From a virus: a stretch of DNA of 64,000 nucleotides. The notes under the pieces are model-generated. The model saw nothing but the letters and a program-made list of their open reading frames with translations. It was not told the DNA's origin and ran no database searches. Below are positions 36,042 through 46,910 of this stretch, piece after piece. Position 1 is the first letter of the stretch, and every line of letters begins with the position of its first letter. Position numbers and translations under genes: made by a program. The stretch is from IMG/VR virus record IMGVR_UViG_3300006028_000001, positions 1 through 64,000 of that record. One strand, 5' to 3'.

Positions 36042-36980
36042 GTGGCCACCCCGTATGTCACCGTCGAAGCCCTGCTTAACGCCCCGACAGGTGTGTCGTG
36101 GTCGATCATTCCTCAGCCGCGCGCAGACACGCAGAGCATGCGGGCTGAGGTCACGAACATGACCTGGCGTGCGACGAGCATGGTCGACAGCTACTGCAAC
36201 CAGGTACTGCGCGCCACGGTCGACAACGAGCAGTTGACCGGCCCGGGCTCGCCGCGGGTCGGCATCGAACCCGGCTCCCGCAACGGTGTGCTCATTATGC
36301 GCCGCTGGCCGGTCATCCAGGTGCTGGCGATCCAAACCGCCCGTAACAACACCTTCCCGCGGGCGTGGTCAACCATCCCGGCCGGCATGTACGAGCCGGC
36401 CCATCCGCTGATCAACCAGGAGACGGATTCGGCGTCGGCAACGATGCCCGACGGCGCGCAGAAGATCCTGGTTGCGCCCGACTTCATCGACTGGCGTTAT
36501 GGCCGCAACGGCTATCGGGTGCTCACCTCCTACACCAATGGCTGGCCGCACACCTCCCTGACCGGTTCGGCCACCGCTGGCGCGACCACTCTCGCCGTGG
36601 ACGACGTGACCGGCTGGGCCGGCGCGTCCGGGTTCGTCTACGACGGGCTGACCACCGAAACCGTCACGGTCACCAGCGTCGCGGCCGCCACGCCGCTGAC
36701 CCTGCCCAACGGGGTCGGCACCGCACAGACCGGACCGGGCACGCTGACCCTGTCGACCGGCCTGAGCTACGCCCACGCGCCGGGGGTGATGGTGTCCGCG
36801 CTACCGGCCAACGTCATCTGGGCAACGGTGCTGGCGGCCGCCTGCCAGGCACTGGAAAGCGGCATCGACGCGATCACCATCCAGAACCTGCCCGGGTCGC
36901 AGACGGTCGGCGGGCACGGGGTGCAGGATCTGGAGAAGCAGTGGCAGGAACTGCTGTGCCCGTACCGGCGGGTGATCTGA
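36042..36980 (+). CDS. Head-tail adaptor with inserted domain
   Basis: PYVTVE...RATSMVDSYCNQ...YTNGW...LLCPYRR. Confidence 0.7.
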   Translation: MATPYVTVEALLNAPTGVSWSIIPQPRADTQSMRAEVTNMTWRATSMVDSYCNQVLRATVDNEQLTGPGSPRVGIEPGSRNGVLIMRRWPVIQVLAIQTARNNTFPRAWSTIPAGMYEPAHPLINQETDSASATMPDGAQKILVAPDFIDWRYGRNGYRVLTSYTNGWPHTSLTGSATAGATTLAVDDVTGWAGASGFVYDGLTTETVTVTSVAAATPLTLPNGVGTAQTGPGTLTLSTGLSYAHAPGVMVSALPANVIWATVLAAACQALESGIDAITIQNLPGSQTVGGHGVQDLEKQWQELLCPYRRVI

Positions 36981-36981
36981 C

Positions 36982-37473
36982 ATGCCACTCAACAGCATCC
37001 AATGCTACGTAAAGGGCATCCTCGACGGTCTCCCGATCCCCGGGTCGACGCAGAGCCTCGATGCGTTCGTCACCCCACCAACCGTCGACAACCTCGACAA
37101 CCCCAAGGCGTACATCTGGGGTGCGCGGATGCGCGGCACCCGGCAGACCATGCCCCGTGGGATCGCGCCGGCGGCCGGGTTCAAAAAGCTGATGTGGAAC
37201 GTCGACGTGTACCTCAGTTACGAGACCAACCCGGACGACGCCAACATCGACCAGGAGTTCCCGCTGATCGTCGACGCGGTGATGGCCGCCCTGTGGTCGA
37301 CCACCATGCCGACGTTCATCACCGACCCAACCACCGGCTTGAAAACGCAGCTGCTCGCGATCGGCGAGGACTTCGACTTCGAGTACCCGCCGGAGAAGGC
37401 CCCGGCCACCCTGCGGATGGTGTACTACACGGCCCGGCTGGGTCTGAGCGTGCAAGAGGCGGTGCAAGCCTGA
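36982..37473 (+). CDS. Head-tail joining / tail terminator-like protein
   Basis: Position and size. Confidence 0.55.
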   Translation: MPLNSIQCYVKGILDGLPIPGSTQSLDAFVTPPTVDNLDNPKAYIWGARMRGTRQTMPRGIAPAAGFKKLMWNVDVYLSYETNPDDANIDQEFPLIVDAVMAALWSTTMPTFITDPTTGLKTQLLAIGEDFDFEYPPEKAPATLRMVYYTARLGLSVQEAVQA

Positions 37474-37928
37474 TGTTCTCCTTCACCGAGTCCGGTTCGG
37501 AGCAGCTGAGTGGGCTGCGTGGGTTCCGCTTCGCTGAAGTCGCAGCCGAATGGGGTGCCCGCGTCGAGCCTCGGGTTGAGCAGGCGGTGAAGGCGCAGGC
37601 GCCGGTCGGGAAGGGTCCCGGCGCGGGGACGCTGCGAGACTCCATCCGGGTGCGGATCCTGCCGGGTGTCGCCGACGTGAAGGTGGAATGCACATCGTCG
37701 GCGGCGTACGCCGGCTATGTCGTCAAGGGCACCCGGTCGCACGACATCCGCCCCCGCCGCACCAAGGCGCTGTACTGGGCCGACGGCGGCGGCAGCCACT
37801 GGGCGCGGCTGGTGCACCACCCCGGCACGAAGGCGAACAACTTCGCCGCGCGCGCGTTGCGTGACATCACCCCGCATCTGGCCGAGCAGATGGCCGCCAT
37901 CACCACCCGACGACTCGGCGGCGGCTGA
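37473..37928 (+). CDS. HK97 gp10-like neck protein
   Basis: APVG...GTLRDSI...YAGYVVKGTRSH...HHPGTKANNF. Confidence 0.8.
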   Translation: MFSFTESGSEQLSGLRGFRFAEVAAEWGARVEPRVEQAVKAQAPVGKGPGAGTLRDSIRVRILPGVADVKVECTSSAAYAGYVVKGTRSHDIRPRRTKALYWADGGGSHWARLVHHPGTKANNFAARALRDITPHLAEQMAAITTRRLGGG

Positions 37929-37930
37929 CC

Positions 37931-38221
37931 GTGCCACGCGTGCAACTTCCCGAAGGCGCCCGCGCGGTCGCCGCGGACGGAACGGATCGGTACACCGCCG
38001 GCCCGGGCGACACGGTGAACGTCTCCGCCGGCCACGCCGCCGCGATCCGCCGATACGCGCGCCGCGGCCCGACCCGGGGTGAATCGTTTGCGGTCGCCAC
38101 CCGCCGCGGCCGGTCCTGCCCGTCGTGTCGACGTCGGTGGAATGTGTGGACCCTCGAATGTCCACGTTGCGGGCGGGCAACCGAACCGGAGTTCGACCAG
38201 GACAGGGAGATGGACACATGA
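37931..38221 (+). CDS. Small Zn-ribbon protein
   Basis: CPSC...CPRCG. Confidence 0.55.
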   Translation: MPRVQLPEGARAVAADGTDRYTAGPGDTVNVSAGHAAAIRRYARRGPTRGESFAVATRRGRSCPSCRRRWNVWTLECPRCGRATEPEFDQDREMDT

Positions 38222-38547
38222 GCATGCCCGACCCGGCGATCGCCCCCGGCGTCGACCCGGACGTCGACACCGAACCGACCGAGACGCCGGATGTGGCGAT
38301 CCGCAACATCGACGACGAGATCACCGTCATCGGTGTCGGTGCGTGGCCGACCGGCGAGGTCATGCACGTCCCGGCGTGGCTGGCCGCACGGCTGCTACAG
38401 AGTCCGGCCCGGTTCGTCGAGGCCGACAAGGCCAAGCTCGACGACGCGAACGCCGAGTCCGACACGGCACCGACCAAGGCCGGACGCAGGACGCGCACCA
38501 TCCCCGATGCCGCACCGGACGGCGAGCCGGCGAGCACCACCGACTGA
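38218..38547 (+). CDS. Hypothetical acidic protein
   Basis: ATGA overlap; GGAG RBS. Confidence 0.55.
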   Translation: MSMPDPAIAPGVDPDVDTEPTETPDVAIRNIDDEITVIGVGAWPTGEVMHVPAWLAARLLQSPARFVEADKAKLDDANAESDTAPTKAGRRTRTIPDAAPDGEPASTTD

Positions 38548-38633
38548 CCCGCACCACCGGCCCAAACCCCCACCTGGCGACCCGACCCGAAGCCTTGCCC
38601 GCGCCCCGTGCGCCGATCCCATAGGAGCAGTGC

Positions 38634-39848
38634 ATGCCCACCACCGTCGTCGAGCGCTACGGGTCGCTGTCCGCCACCGGCTTCGCGAAGGAAACCACGT
38701 TCGGCACGCCCGTCACGGCCACCACGTTCGTGCCGATGACCGGCAACAGCCTCGAACTCGACCCGGGCCTGTTCGGCCCGAAGGTGATGTTCGGGCAGCG
38801 CGACGTCAACACGTTCCCGCTATACGGCCAGTACAAGAACGCCGGGTCGCTGAACTTCCCGCTGTTCCCCACCATGGGTTTGGCACTGCTGGCCGGCTCC
38901 ATCGGTGCGGACGGCGCCGTCGGCTCCGGGGTGACCGGCACCGGCTCGGCTTCGCCGAACACGCTGAACGGGGCGACCATCGCCGGCGCCACCACGGTCA
39001 CCCTGACTTCCGCGACCGGATACACCAACGGTTCGTTCATTCAGGTCGATGTCAACGGGACCGGCCCGACGACCACCGCCGAAGTCCGGAAGATCACCAA
39101 CGTGTCCACCAACACGTTGACCCTGGACACCGCCCTGGTCTACGCGCACGCCAACGGCGCGGCCACGAAGGTCGTGACGGCGCCTTTCACCCACAGCATC
39201 ACCCAGGCGAACACGCTGCCGTCGTTCACGGTAGAGAAGAACCTCGGCAACTTCGAGTCGCTGCAGTTCGCCGGGGCGAAGGTCAACAAGTTCGACCTGC
39301 AGGTCAGCAACGGCAACTCCGAGGCCGCCTGCTCGGTGGATCTGATGGCCAAGTCGGCGGCGGTGCTGGCCACACCCACGGCGATCACGGTGACGAACGA
39401 GTCCCCGTACGTGTTCGCCGAGTGCACCACCTCGTTCAACAGCCAGTCGATCACGCAGACGACCAGTGCTGAGGTGACGGTCGAAAACGGGCTGAAGGAC
39501 ACCTACACCTTCAATGCCAGCCACAACCTGCAGTTCCTCACCCCCGTCACACTGAAGGTTAGCGGCAAGACGGACCTGGTGTTCACCAGCCTCGACGACG
39601 CCACCTGGGGCTACTGGACGCAGATGACCGCCGGCACGACCGGTGCGCTGTCGGTGGCGCTGACCCACCCGGCCAGCGCCGGCGCGGTGACCCTGTCGAT
39701 GCCGAAGGCGGTCATCCGCACCTCCACGGACGCGGTGAAGATGGACGACGTGATCATCACGACGCTCAACTTCGACGCCTACCTGAACCTGTCGACGCTG
39801 CAGACCATCACCGCCACCGTCGTCAACGCCAACTGGCTGGCCTACTGA
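38634..39848 (+). CDS. Major tail (tube) protein with inserted domain
   Basis: GFAKETTFGTPVT...LPSFTVEK; precedes chaperone and tape measure genes. Confidence 0.85.
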   Translation: MPTTVVERYGSLSATGFAKETTFGTPVTATTFVPMTGNSLELDPGLFGPKVMFGQRDVNTFPLYGQYKNAGSLNFPLFPTMGLALLAGSIGADGAVGSGVTGTGSASPNTLNGATIAGATTVTLTSATGYTNGSFIQVDVNGTGPTTTAEVRKITNVSTNTLTLDTALVYAHANGAATKVVTAPFTHSITQANTLPSFTVEKNLGNFESLQFAGAKVNKFDLQVSNGNSEAACSVDLMAKSAAVLATPTAITVTNESPYVFAECTTSFNSQSITQTTSAEVTVENGLKDTYTFNASHNLQFLTPVTLKVSGKTDLVFTSLDDATWGYWTQMTAGTTGALSVALTHPASAGAVTLSMPKAVIRTSTDAVKMDDVIITTLNFDAYLNLSTLQTITATVVNANWLAY

Positions 39849-39890
39849 CGTTGGCGCTACCGATCTACCGAACAGAAAGCGACGCGACGC

Positions 39891-40355
39891 ATGAGTTTCC
39901 TGGGACGGGTGTACGGCCAAACCGACAAAGTCGAGTTGGGCGGCGGCTACTACGTCGCCGTCAAACGGTTCCTGTCGGTGGCCGAAACCGCACGGGCCGA
40001 AGCGGTGCGCATGTCCAAGGACATCCGCTCCGAGGTCGACAACGACAGCAAACGGGCCACCTCCGTCATCACCGTCGACCAGCAGGCATACAACGTCGAG
40101 ATCATGGTCGCGGCCATCGACGACTGGAACCTCGACGACGACAACGGGCCACTGCCGCTGCCGCCGTACATCCCTGGCAAACCCACCGGCGACGACCCGG
40201 CCAACCGGGTGCGCCGGGAGTCGGTCGGTCGGCTGCCGGACTTCGCCGTCAAGCGGATCCTGACGAAGATCAAGGAGAACGAGGAGGCGGGGCTCGACCC
40301 GGAGTCGCTGGCCGCCTTTCCAGGCGAGAGTGAAGGCGCACCTGAGCAAGCCTGA
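39891..40355 (+). CDS. Tail assembly chaperone (gpG-like)
   Basis: AAIDDWNLDD..GPLPL; lies between tail tube and tape measure genes. Confidence 0.75.
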   Translation: MSFLGRVYGQTDKVELGGGYYVAVKRFLSVAETARAEAVRMSKDIRSEVDNDSKRATSVITVDQQAYNVEIMVAAIDDWNLDDDNGPLPLPPYIPGKPTGDDPANRVRRESVGRLPDFAVKRILTKIKENEEAGLDPESLAAFPGESEGAPEQA

Positions 40356-40680
40356 CCTGCTGCCGGCGCCCGAGGCGTACCGCATGTACTGCCTGGAACG
40401 CCGGTTCTGGGAGGAGTTCGGGGCGCCGCAACCGCCGCTGGACGACTGGCCGCGCCGCAAGGTGGCCGAATACATCTGCGTTCAGCGCGCGATCGACGAG
40501 GTGGAGCAGGAGCGGGCGCAGCGCGACCAACGCGCCAACTCCGCCGGGCTACCCAACGGCACGGCGCGGCCGACCACCCCGGCTGACATCACGGACCAGG
40601 CGTACCAGCAGTTGCGAGCGCAGGCTGTGCCGCCACCGATGCCGAGCGCGGCACCGGCAGTCGCTGCGACATCCACCTGA
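40318..40680 (+). CDS. Tail assembly chaperone extension (gpT-like), +1 frame
   Basis: Overlapping frame open from 40264; GCC TTT CCA candidate shift site. Confidence 0.6.
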   Translation, partial: FQARVKAHLSKPDLLPAPEAYRMYCLERRFWEEFGAPQPPLDDWPRRKVAEYICVQRAIDEVEQERAQRDQRANSAGLPNGTARPTTPADITDQAYQQLRAQAVPPPMPSAAPAVAATST

Positions 40681-40701
40681 CCGGTCGCAGGGGGGGTCGC
40701 G

Positions 40702-43700
40702 GTGGACGACATCACCCTGCTGCTCGTGCTGGAGGCGCGGGACAAGGCCACCCAGATCCTCGACACCATCACCAAGCGCGTCAACGGATACGGCGACGCC
40801 ACCAAGGCTGCCTCCGCGCAGGCCAGCAGGAGCGCCACCGAAATCGAGGCCGCCAACACCCGCGCGGCCGCGGCGTCCGCCTCCTACGACCGGGCCACCA
40901 AAGCCAGCGCCGAAGCACAGGCCGGACTCAAAGACGCGATGCTGGCGTCCAAGGCCGCCCAACTGGAGGCGGCGGCCGCGGCCCGGGAAGGCTCCGCGTC
41001 GGTCGCCGCCGCGCAGAAGCTGGTCACCGAATCAGCCGACGCCGAAGAGGCCGCGCTGGTTCGGGTGCAGAAGGCCGAACAACTGGCCGCCACCCGGTCC
41101 AAGGAGTTGGCCGAGGCGCAGGCCGCCACCGCCGCGAGCGTGGAGAAGGGCGGCAGCGCACTCAAGACCGCCGGGGTCGCGGCCGGCGCCACCGCCATCG
41201 CCGTCGGATACATCGGCGTCAAATCGATTGAGGCCGCCGCCGACTACCAGTCGTCGACAACCCGGCTGGTCACCTCCGCCGGGGAGCAGCAGTCCGCGCT
41301 CGATTCGGTGCGGCAGGGCATGCTGCAGATGGCCGGTCAGGTCGGCTACTCGACCGACGCCCTGTCGACGGCCATGTACAAGGTGGAGTCCGGCGGGCAG
41401 CACGGCGCGGCCGGGCTCGAAGTGCTCCGCGCCGCCGCCGAAGGCGCCAAGACGGAAAACGCCAACCTGGAAACCGTCGCCGACGCGGTCACCTCCGCCC
41501 TGGTCGACTACCACCTGAAAGCATCCGACGCGGCCACCGTCACCTCCAAGATGGTCGCCGCCACGTCGGCCGGCAAGACCACCTTCGAGCAGCTGTCCGC
41601 CTCATTCTCGGCCATCCTGCCGGTGGCCTCCGCCGCGCACGTCAGCCTGGACGACATCCTCGGCGACCTCGCGAGCATGACGGTGCACGGCATGTCGGCG
41701 CAGCAGGCCAGCCAAAACCTCGCCGACACCATCCGGCACATGCAAAACCCCACCGCCGTGCAGTCGAAAGAACTAGCGCTGCTGGGGATGACCACCACAC
41801 AGCTCGCCGACGACCTGAAAACCAAGGGCCTGTCCGGCACCCTCAACGACATTTCCAACCACGTCATGAAGCTGATCCCACCCGGCTCGGACAAGGTGAT
41901 CGGCAACCTGAAGACAGCGTTGAACGGGCTGAACCCGGCCGTGCGCGAGCTGGCGATGCACCTGTTCGACGGGTCGATGACCGCCAAGCAGTACAGCCAG
42001 GCGGCGCAGGCGCTCGACCCGATCAGCGCCAAGCAGGCCCTGTCGTTCGGCACCCTGGCCGGGTCGATGCACCGAATCGGCGACCAGCAGATGACCGGTG
42101 CGCAGGTGATGCAGACCTACGGGGCGGCGCTGGCGAAGGCCACCGGCGACGCCACCGGCCTGAACACGATGCTGATGCTGTCGGGTGAGAACGCCGGTGT
42201 GACGGCCGGTGCCATCAAGACGGTGTCCAGCGCCACGGCGGAGGCCGGCAACCACGTCAAAGGCTGGTCGGAGATTCAGGGCACCTTCAACCAGAAGCTG
42301 GCCCAGGCCAAGGGGTCGCTGGAAGCGGCGAAGATATCCATCGGCACCGGCCTGCTGCCGGCGGTGACCGCACTGGCCGGCGGCATCGTCAAGGTGATCA
42401 CACCGGTCGCGTCGTGGATGGCCAAACACCAGTCCCTGTCGGCGATCATCCTCGGGTCGATCGGCATCCTCGCCGTGCTCGTGGTCGCCATCTGGGCCAT
42501 CAACACCGCCCTGGCCGCGATGACCGCCATCCCGGTGGTGGCCATCATCGTCGGCATCGTCGCCGCGGTCGCAGCCCTGGTCGCCGGGGTGATCTACGCC
42601 TACAACCATTGGGGCTGGTTCAAGACTGCCGTCCTCGACACCTGGAACGCCATCAAGGTGGCGGCCCTGTTCGTGTGGCACGACGTGCTGGAGCCGGCAT
42701 TCAAGGGCATCGCCGCCGTGGCGACGTGGCTGTGGGCCAACGTCCTCAAGCCGGTGTTCGAAGGTGCCGTCGCACTGTGGCGGGATGTGCTCGCCCCGGT
42801 CGTGATGTGGCTGTGGCACAACATCATCGAGCCGGCGTTCAAGGGCATCCAGATCGAAATCCAGGTCGCCTGGGCAGTCATCAGGACAATCTTCGAGTTC
42901 ATCTCGGCCGTGGTCCGTGACGTGCTCGCACCGGTGTTCCTGTGGCTGTGGCACAACGTCATCGAACCGGTGTGGCAGGGCATCCAGATCGCGGTGTCGA
43001 TCGCGTGGGCGCTGATCCAGGTCATCTGGGGCCTGATGCAAATCGAGATTAAGATTCTCGCCGCGATTTTCACCTGGCTGTGGCACGAGGTGCTGGAGCC
43101 GGTTTGGCAAGGCATCTCGGCGGTCATCTCGTGGGCCTGGAACAACATCATCAAGCCGCTGTGGGCGGGCATGAAAATCGAGCTGCGCCTGCTCGGTGAC
43201 GCGTTCACCTGGCTGTGGCACAACCTGATCGAGCCGGTGTGGAACGGCATCCGTGACACCATCACGGCGGTGTGGAACAACGGCATCAGGCCGGTGTTCA
43301 ACTTCTTCAAGGACATCATCAAAAACGACGTCGCGCCCGCATTCTCCGCCGGGGTTTCGGCGATCGCCGCCGCGTGGAATGGCGTGCTGGAGGTAGCCAA
43401 GGCCCCGGTCCGATTCGTGGTCAACACCGTCCTGAACGATGGCCTGCTCGGCGCCTACAACTGGATCGCGTCGAAGTTCGGCGTCAAACCCGACAACGTC
43501 CACGTGTCGCTGCCCGCGGGTTTCGCCGCCGGTGGCCGCATCCCCGGCGCCGACTCCCACGCCGACAACATGCTGGCCATGGTCGCCACCGGCGAGCACA
43601 TCATGCCCACCGCGCGTACCCGCAAGTGGCTGCCGATCCTGGAGTCGATCCGGCTGCACGACCGGCTGCCGCTGTATCCCGGCGACGGCGCGGGCCTGCG

Positions 43701-44511
43701 CGGCTACGCCGACGGCGGCGTTGTCGGTGCGCTGAAGGGCGCCGCATCCGGGTTGTGGGACCTGTTCACCGACCCGGCCAAGTTGGTCAAGGGACCAATC
43801 AACGCCCTAATCAATTCGATCCCCGGCGCGGGCATCGTCCGGGACATGGTGAGCGGTGGGGCGCATCGGTTGCTCGACGGACTCATCCACTGGATCACCG
43901 GCACCGGCGGCGGCAACGCAGGCTCGGCAATGACCTTTCTGAAAGGCCAGGTCGGCAAGCCCTACATTTGGGACTCGGCCGGCCCCGACGGATACGACTG
44001 CTCCGGCCTGGTCAGCGCCGTATACCTGGCCGCCCAGGGCAAGAACCCGTTCAACCACCTGTTCTCCACCTCCGACGAGGCGCGATACTTCCCGATCGGC
44101 GGTCCTGGCGGCATCCTCACCGCCGGCTGGACCAACCCCGGCGAATCCGGACCCGGTGGCAACTCGGTCGGGCACACCGCCGGTGTCCTGATGGGCATGC
44201 CGTTCGAATCCGCCGGCGGTGTCGGGGTGCGCATCGGCTCCGGCGTAACGCCGGTGTCGGCCTTCGCCCACGTCGGGCACTTCGATCACGGCGGCGCGCT
44301 GTACCCCGGCTGGAACGCCATCTACAACGGGACCCACGGCGTGGAACACGTCGCCGACCCCAACCGGCCGGCCGGCGGCGGCACCGTCGTGTTCGACCTG
44401 CGCGGCAGCCAGGTCATGTCCGATCGGGACATGGACCTGCTCATCGACAAGATTGACCGGCGACTGGTCCGCACCATGCTGCCGGCGGCCGGGGTGCAGG
44501 TGCGGCGCTGA
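40702..44511 (+). CDS. Tape measure protein with C-terminal NlpC/P60 peptidase
   Basis: TP901-like core, Trp-periodic repeats, GKPYIWDSAGPDGYDCSGLV...GHTAG. Confidence 0.92.
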   Translation: MDDITLLLVLEARDKATQILDTITKRVNGYGDATKAASAQASRSATEIEAANTRAAAASASYDRATKASAEAQAGLKDAMLASKAAQLEAAAAAREGSASVAAAQKLVTESADAEEAALVRVQKAEQLAATRSKELAEAQAATAASVEKGGSALKTAGVAAGATAIAVGYIGVKSIEAAADYQSSTTRLVTSAGEQQSALDSVRQGMLQMAGQVGYSTDALSTAMYKVESGGQHGAAGLEVLRAAAEGAKTENANLETVADAVTSALVDYHLKASDAATVTSKMVAATSAGKTTFEQLSASFSAILPVASAAHVSLDDILGDLASMTVHGMSAQQASQNLADTIRHMQNPTAVQSKELALLGMTTTQLADDLKTKGLSGTLNDISNHVMKLIPPGSDKVIGNLKTALNGLNPAVRELAMHLFDGSMTAKQYSQAAQALDPISAKQALSFGTLAGSMHRIGDQQMTGAQVMQTYGAALAKATGDATGLNTMLMLSGENAGVTAGAIKTVSSATAEAGNHVKGWSEIQGTFNQKLAQAKGSLEAAKISIGTGLLPAVTALAGGIVKVITPVASWMAKHQSLSAIILGSIGILAVLVVAIWAINTALAAMTAIPVVAIIVGIVAAVAALVAGVIYAYNHWGWFKTAVLDTWNAIKVAALFVWHDVLEPAFKGIAAVATWLWANVLKPVFEGAVALWRDVLAPVVMWLWHNIIEPAFKGIQIEIQVAWAVIRTIFEFISAVVRDVLAPVFLWLWHNVIEPVWQGIQIAVSIAWALIQVIWGLMQIEIKILAAIFTWLWHEVLEPVWQGISAVISWAWNNIIKPLWAGMKIELRLLGDAFTWLWHNLIEPVWNGIRDTITAVWNNGIRPVFNFFKDIIKNDVAPAFSAGVSAIAAAWNGVLEVAKAPVRFVVNTVLNDGLLGAYNWIASKFGVKPDNVHVSLPAGFAAGGRIPGADSHADNMLAMVATGEHIMPTARTRKWLPILESIRLHDRLPLYPGDGAGLRGYADGGVVGALKGAASGLWDLFTDPAKLVKGPINALINSIPGAGIVRDMVSGGAHRLLDGLIHWITGTGGGNAGSAMTFLKGQVGKPYIWDSAGPDGYDCSGLVSAVYLAAQGKNPFNHLFSTSDEARYFPIGGPGGILTAGWTNPGESGPGGNSVGHTAGVLMGMPFESAGGVGVRIGSGVTPVSAFAHVGHFDHGGALYPGWNAIYNGTHGVEHVADPNRPAGGGTVVFDLRGSQVMSDRDMDLLIDKIDRRLVRTMLPAAGVQVRR

Positions 44512-44559
44512 CCGTACCGACATCCTGAGGAGCGCACGAACGGGCGGCGGGGAGGCGGG

Positions 44560-45930
44560 GTGTCGCAGCAACTGCAACTGCTCGTCGGCGGCGCCGACCT
44601 CACCCCGTACGTGGAGCAGGACGCCTGGTCGATCACACAGCAATGGTCACGGCAAGGCGACACCGCCACGTTTGAGCTCACCGACGAACACCCGGTGCAC
44701 GGCGCCCTCAGTTTCGTCCCGACCCCGCTGACCACCGTTGTCCTCACCGACGTCGGCCTTGGACAAACCCTGTTCAGCGGCATCTGCGAGAAGCCGGAGG
44801 TCCGGTTCGACGGCCCCACCCTGGCCCGCTGGACGTTGGACTGCGTCGACTGGACATACCTGTCCGACCGGCCCAGCAACCTTGTCGTTGGCGACTACAG
44901 CGGCTACACCGCCGACGCCCTCGCCGTCCTCATCACCACCCAGGCCAACTGCGGCATCAACGCCGCCACTGTCGCCAACGGCGGCTACGTGTGGCCGGCA
45001 GTGCAGATCCCCCGGATCCAGTTCGTGTACGACACGCTGACGGTCGCCTGGACGAAGCTGTCCAAGCTGGCGTCACTGTCCACCACCTGGGGCTGGTACG
45101 TCGACGAAAACCGCAACCTGCACTTCTACGACCTCACCCAGGCACCCAGCGCCGGCGTCACCCTGACCGACTCCATCGGGGCCGTCAACAACACCACAAT
45201 CGTGCCGTACGACAACGACTCCATGACCTACGAATGGGACGCCACCAGCCTGCGTAACGTCGTCACCGTCCGCGGCGCCGACTACTCCAGCAGCCAAACC
45301 GACCTGTGGGTCGGCAACGGCTCGCAACTCAGCTTCCCGCTGACGTTCGTGCCGGACGCCAACAACATCGCCACCGCCACGCTGACCGTCGGCGGTGTCG
45401 CGGCGACCGTGTCGGCCGACACCGGATCCAGCGCCTCCACCGACTGGATCGTGCAGGGCAACGCCGCCAACCAGTGGTTCCTGTCCGCCAACCAGGCGCT
45501 CACCCCACCGACCGCGGCACCGGCCACCTCGACCGTCATCTCCTTGGCCTACCCGTACCTGCAGCCGGTGGTGGCCCGCACTCAGGACTCGACGTCGATC
45601 GCCGCGTTCGCCAGCCTGCCCAACGCCGGGCAGTTCGCCTACTACATCGGCGACACGTCCCTGCCGACACTGCTGTCCGCGGTGCAACGTGGGCAGCGTG
45701 AGGTGGCCACCTACTCGCTGCCGACCGAGCGGGCCAACCTGACCATCCCGGAAACCTTCACCGGGCATGTCCGCGCCGGGCAGCTCGTCACCTTCGTCAA
45801 CGCGATGGTCCCCGACTCGCGCAACGGCTACGCCTCCGGGGTCAGCGATCAGTTCCTGATCCTCCAGAACCGGATCACCGGCGCCGCCGGGCTGTACCGC
45901 ACCTACGGCATCACCGCCGTCCGCGTCTGA
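44560..45930 (+). CDS. Minor tail / baseplate hub protein
   Basis: Follows tape measure; WYVDENRNLHF, LRNVVTVRG. Confidence 0.75.
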   Translation: MSQQLQLLVGGADLTPYVEQDAWSITQQWSRQGDTATFELTDEHPVHGALSFVPTPLTTVVLTDVGLGQTLFSGICEKPEVRFDGPTLARWTLDCVDWTYLSDRPSNLVVGDYSGYTADALAVLITTQANCGINAATVANGGYVWPAVQIPRIQFVYDTLTVAWTKLSKLASLSTTWGWYVDENRNLHFYDLTQAPSAGVTLTDSIGAVNNTTIVPYDNDSMTYEWDATSLRNVVTVRGADYSSSQTDLWVGNGSQLSFPLTFVPDANNIATATLTVGGVAATVSADTGSSASTDWIVQGNAANQWFLSANQALTPPTAAPATSTVISLAYPYLQPVVARTQDSTSIAAFASLPNAGQFAYYIGDTSLPTLLSAVQRGQREVATYSLPTERANLTIPETFTGHVRAGQLVTFVNAMVPDSRNGYASGVSDQFLILQNRITGAAGLYRTYGITAVRV

Positions 45931-45950
45931 CCCAAGGGGACGGTGCCGCC

Positions 45951-46910
45951 GTGGCGTTGCGCGCCTTGACCCTGGTTGACATTCTCGCCCAGCTGGTCAC
46001 CGAGTCCGGCTCGGATGTGCCGTTCAACGCCAACGAGGTGGTCAACCAGTCCACCGCCGACTTCGAAACGCTGCTGTTGACCGGTGAAACCCTGACCGCC
46101 ACCACCGGCACCGACTACCCGGTCAACATCTGCCAGGACGCCGGCCCGGTCGCCTACTGGCGGCTGGACGACCCGGTGGCCAGCGCCACCGCCTATGACT
46201 CCAACCCGTGGGCCAACACCACCTACCCGAAGGTGCCGGCGTCGGTGAACGGCACTGTCACATTCGGCACCACCGGGGCGATGAACGGATCCACCGGCGC
46301 CACCTTCAACGGCAGTACCGGATACCTGGAGGTCGCCAACACGACGTCGCTGCAGCGGGTCAACGACCTCACCATCGAGTTCTGGCTCAAGGTGTCCAGC
46401 CTCGCCGCCGCGCAGGTGATCGTGTCGAAAGGCACCACCGGCGAATACCACGTGCTGCTCAACACCAACGGATCCATTTCGCTCCTGATGGGACCCGCCT
46501 ACAACACCGTCGTCATTCCCGCCGCGTCCATCACCGCCGGCACCTGGTTTCACGTGGCGATCGTCCGCACCCTGGTCGGCAAGACGGTCAACGCCTACCT
46601 CAACGGCGTCAACAAGTTCTCCGGCACCTACACCACCGTCCCGTCGACCACCACCAACGTGCTACGCATCGGCGCCACCTCCCCCACCGCCGGCTCCTTC
46701 TACAGCGGGGTGCTCGACGAGGTGGCCCTCTACTGGCGCGCCCTGTCCGCCACCCAGGTCGCCAACCACTACACGTGGGGCACCGCCAGCGACGTCACAT
46801 CCAGCGGCTACGGCCGCGGCAAGTACGGCTACGTGCAGTACCCACTCCCGGGGGCGGTCGCCGGCGCCGTCTACGGCACCGCCGTCTACGGAACGGACGC
46901 CTACTCCTGA
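45951..46910 (+). CDS. Tail protein with LamG/ConA-like lectin domain
   Basis: PVAYWRLDD, LTIEFWLK, WFHVAIV, YLNGV, LDEVALYWRALSA. Confidence 0.85.
   Translation: MALRALTLVDILAQLVTESGSDVPFNANEVVNQSTADFETLLLTGETLTATTGTDYPVNICQDAGPVAYWRLDDPVASATAYDSNPWANTTYPKVPASVNGTVTFGTTGAMNGSTGATFNGSTGYLEVANTTSLQRVNDLTIEFWLKVSSLAAAQVIVSKGTTGEYHVLLNTNGSISLLMGPAYNTVVIPAASITAGTWFHVAIVRTLVGKTVNAYLNGVNKFSGTYTTVPSTTTNVLRIGATSPTAGSFYSGVLDEVALYWRALSATQVANHYTWGTASDVTSSGYGRGKYGYVQYPLPGAVAGAVYGTAVYGTDAYS

Noticed and set aside
42600-43400. Trp-periodic repeats in the tape measure protein
   Set aside because: Ordinary feature of tape measure proteins
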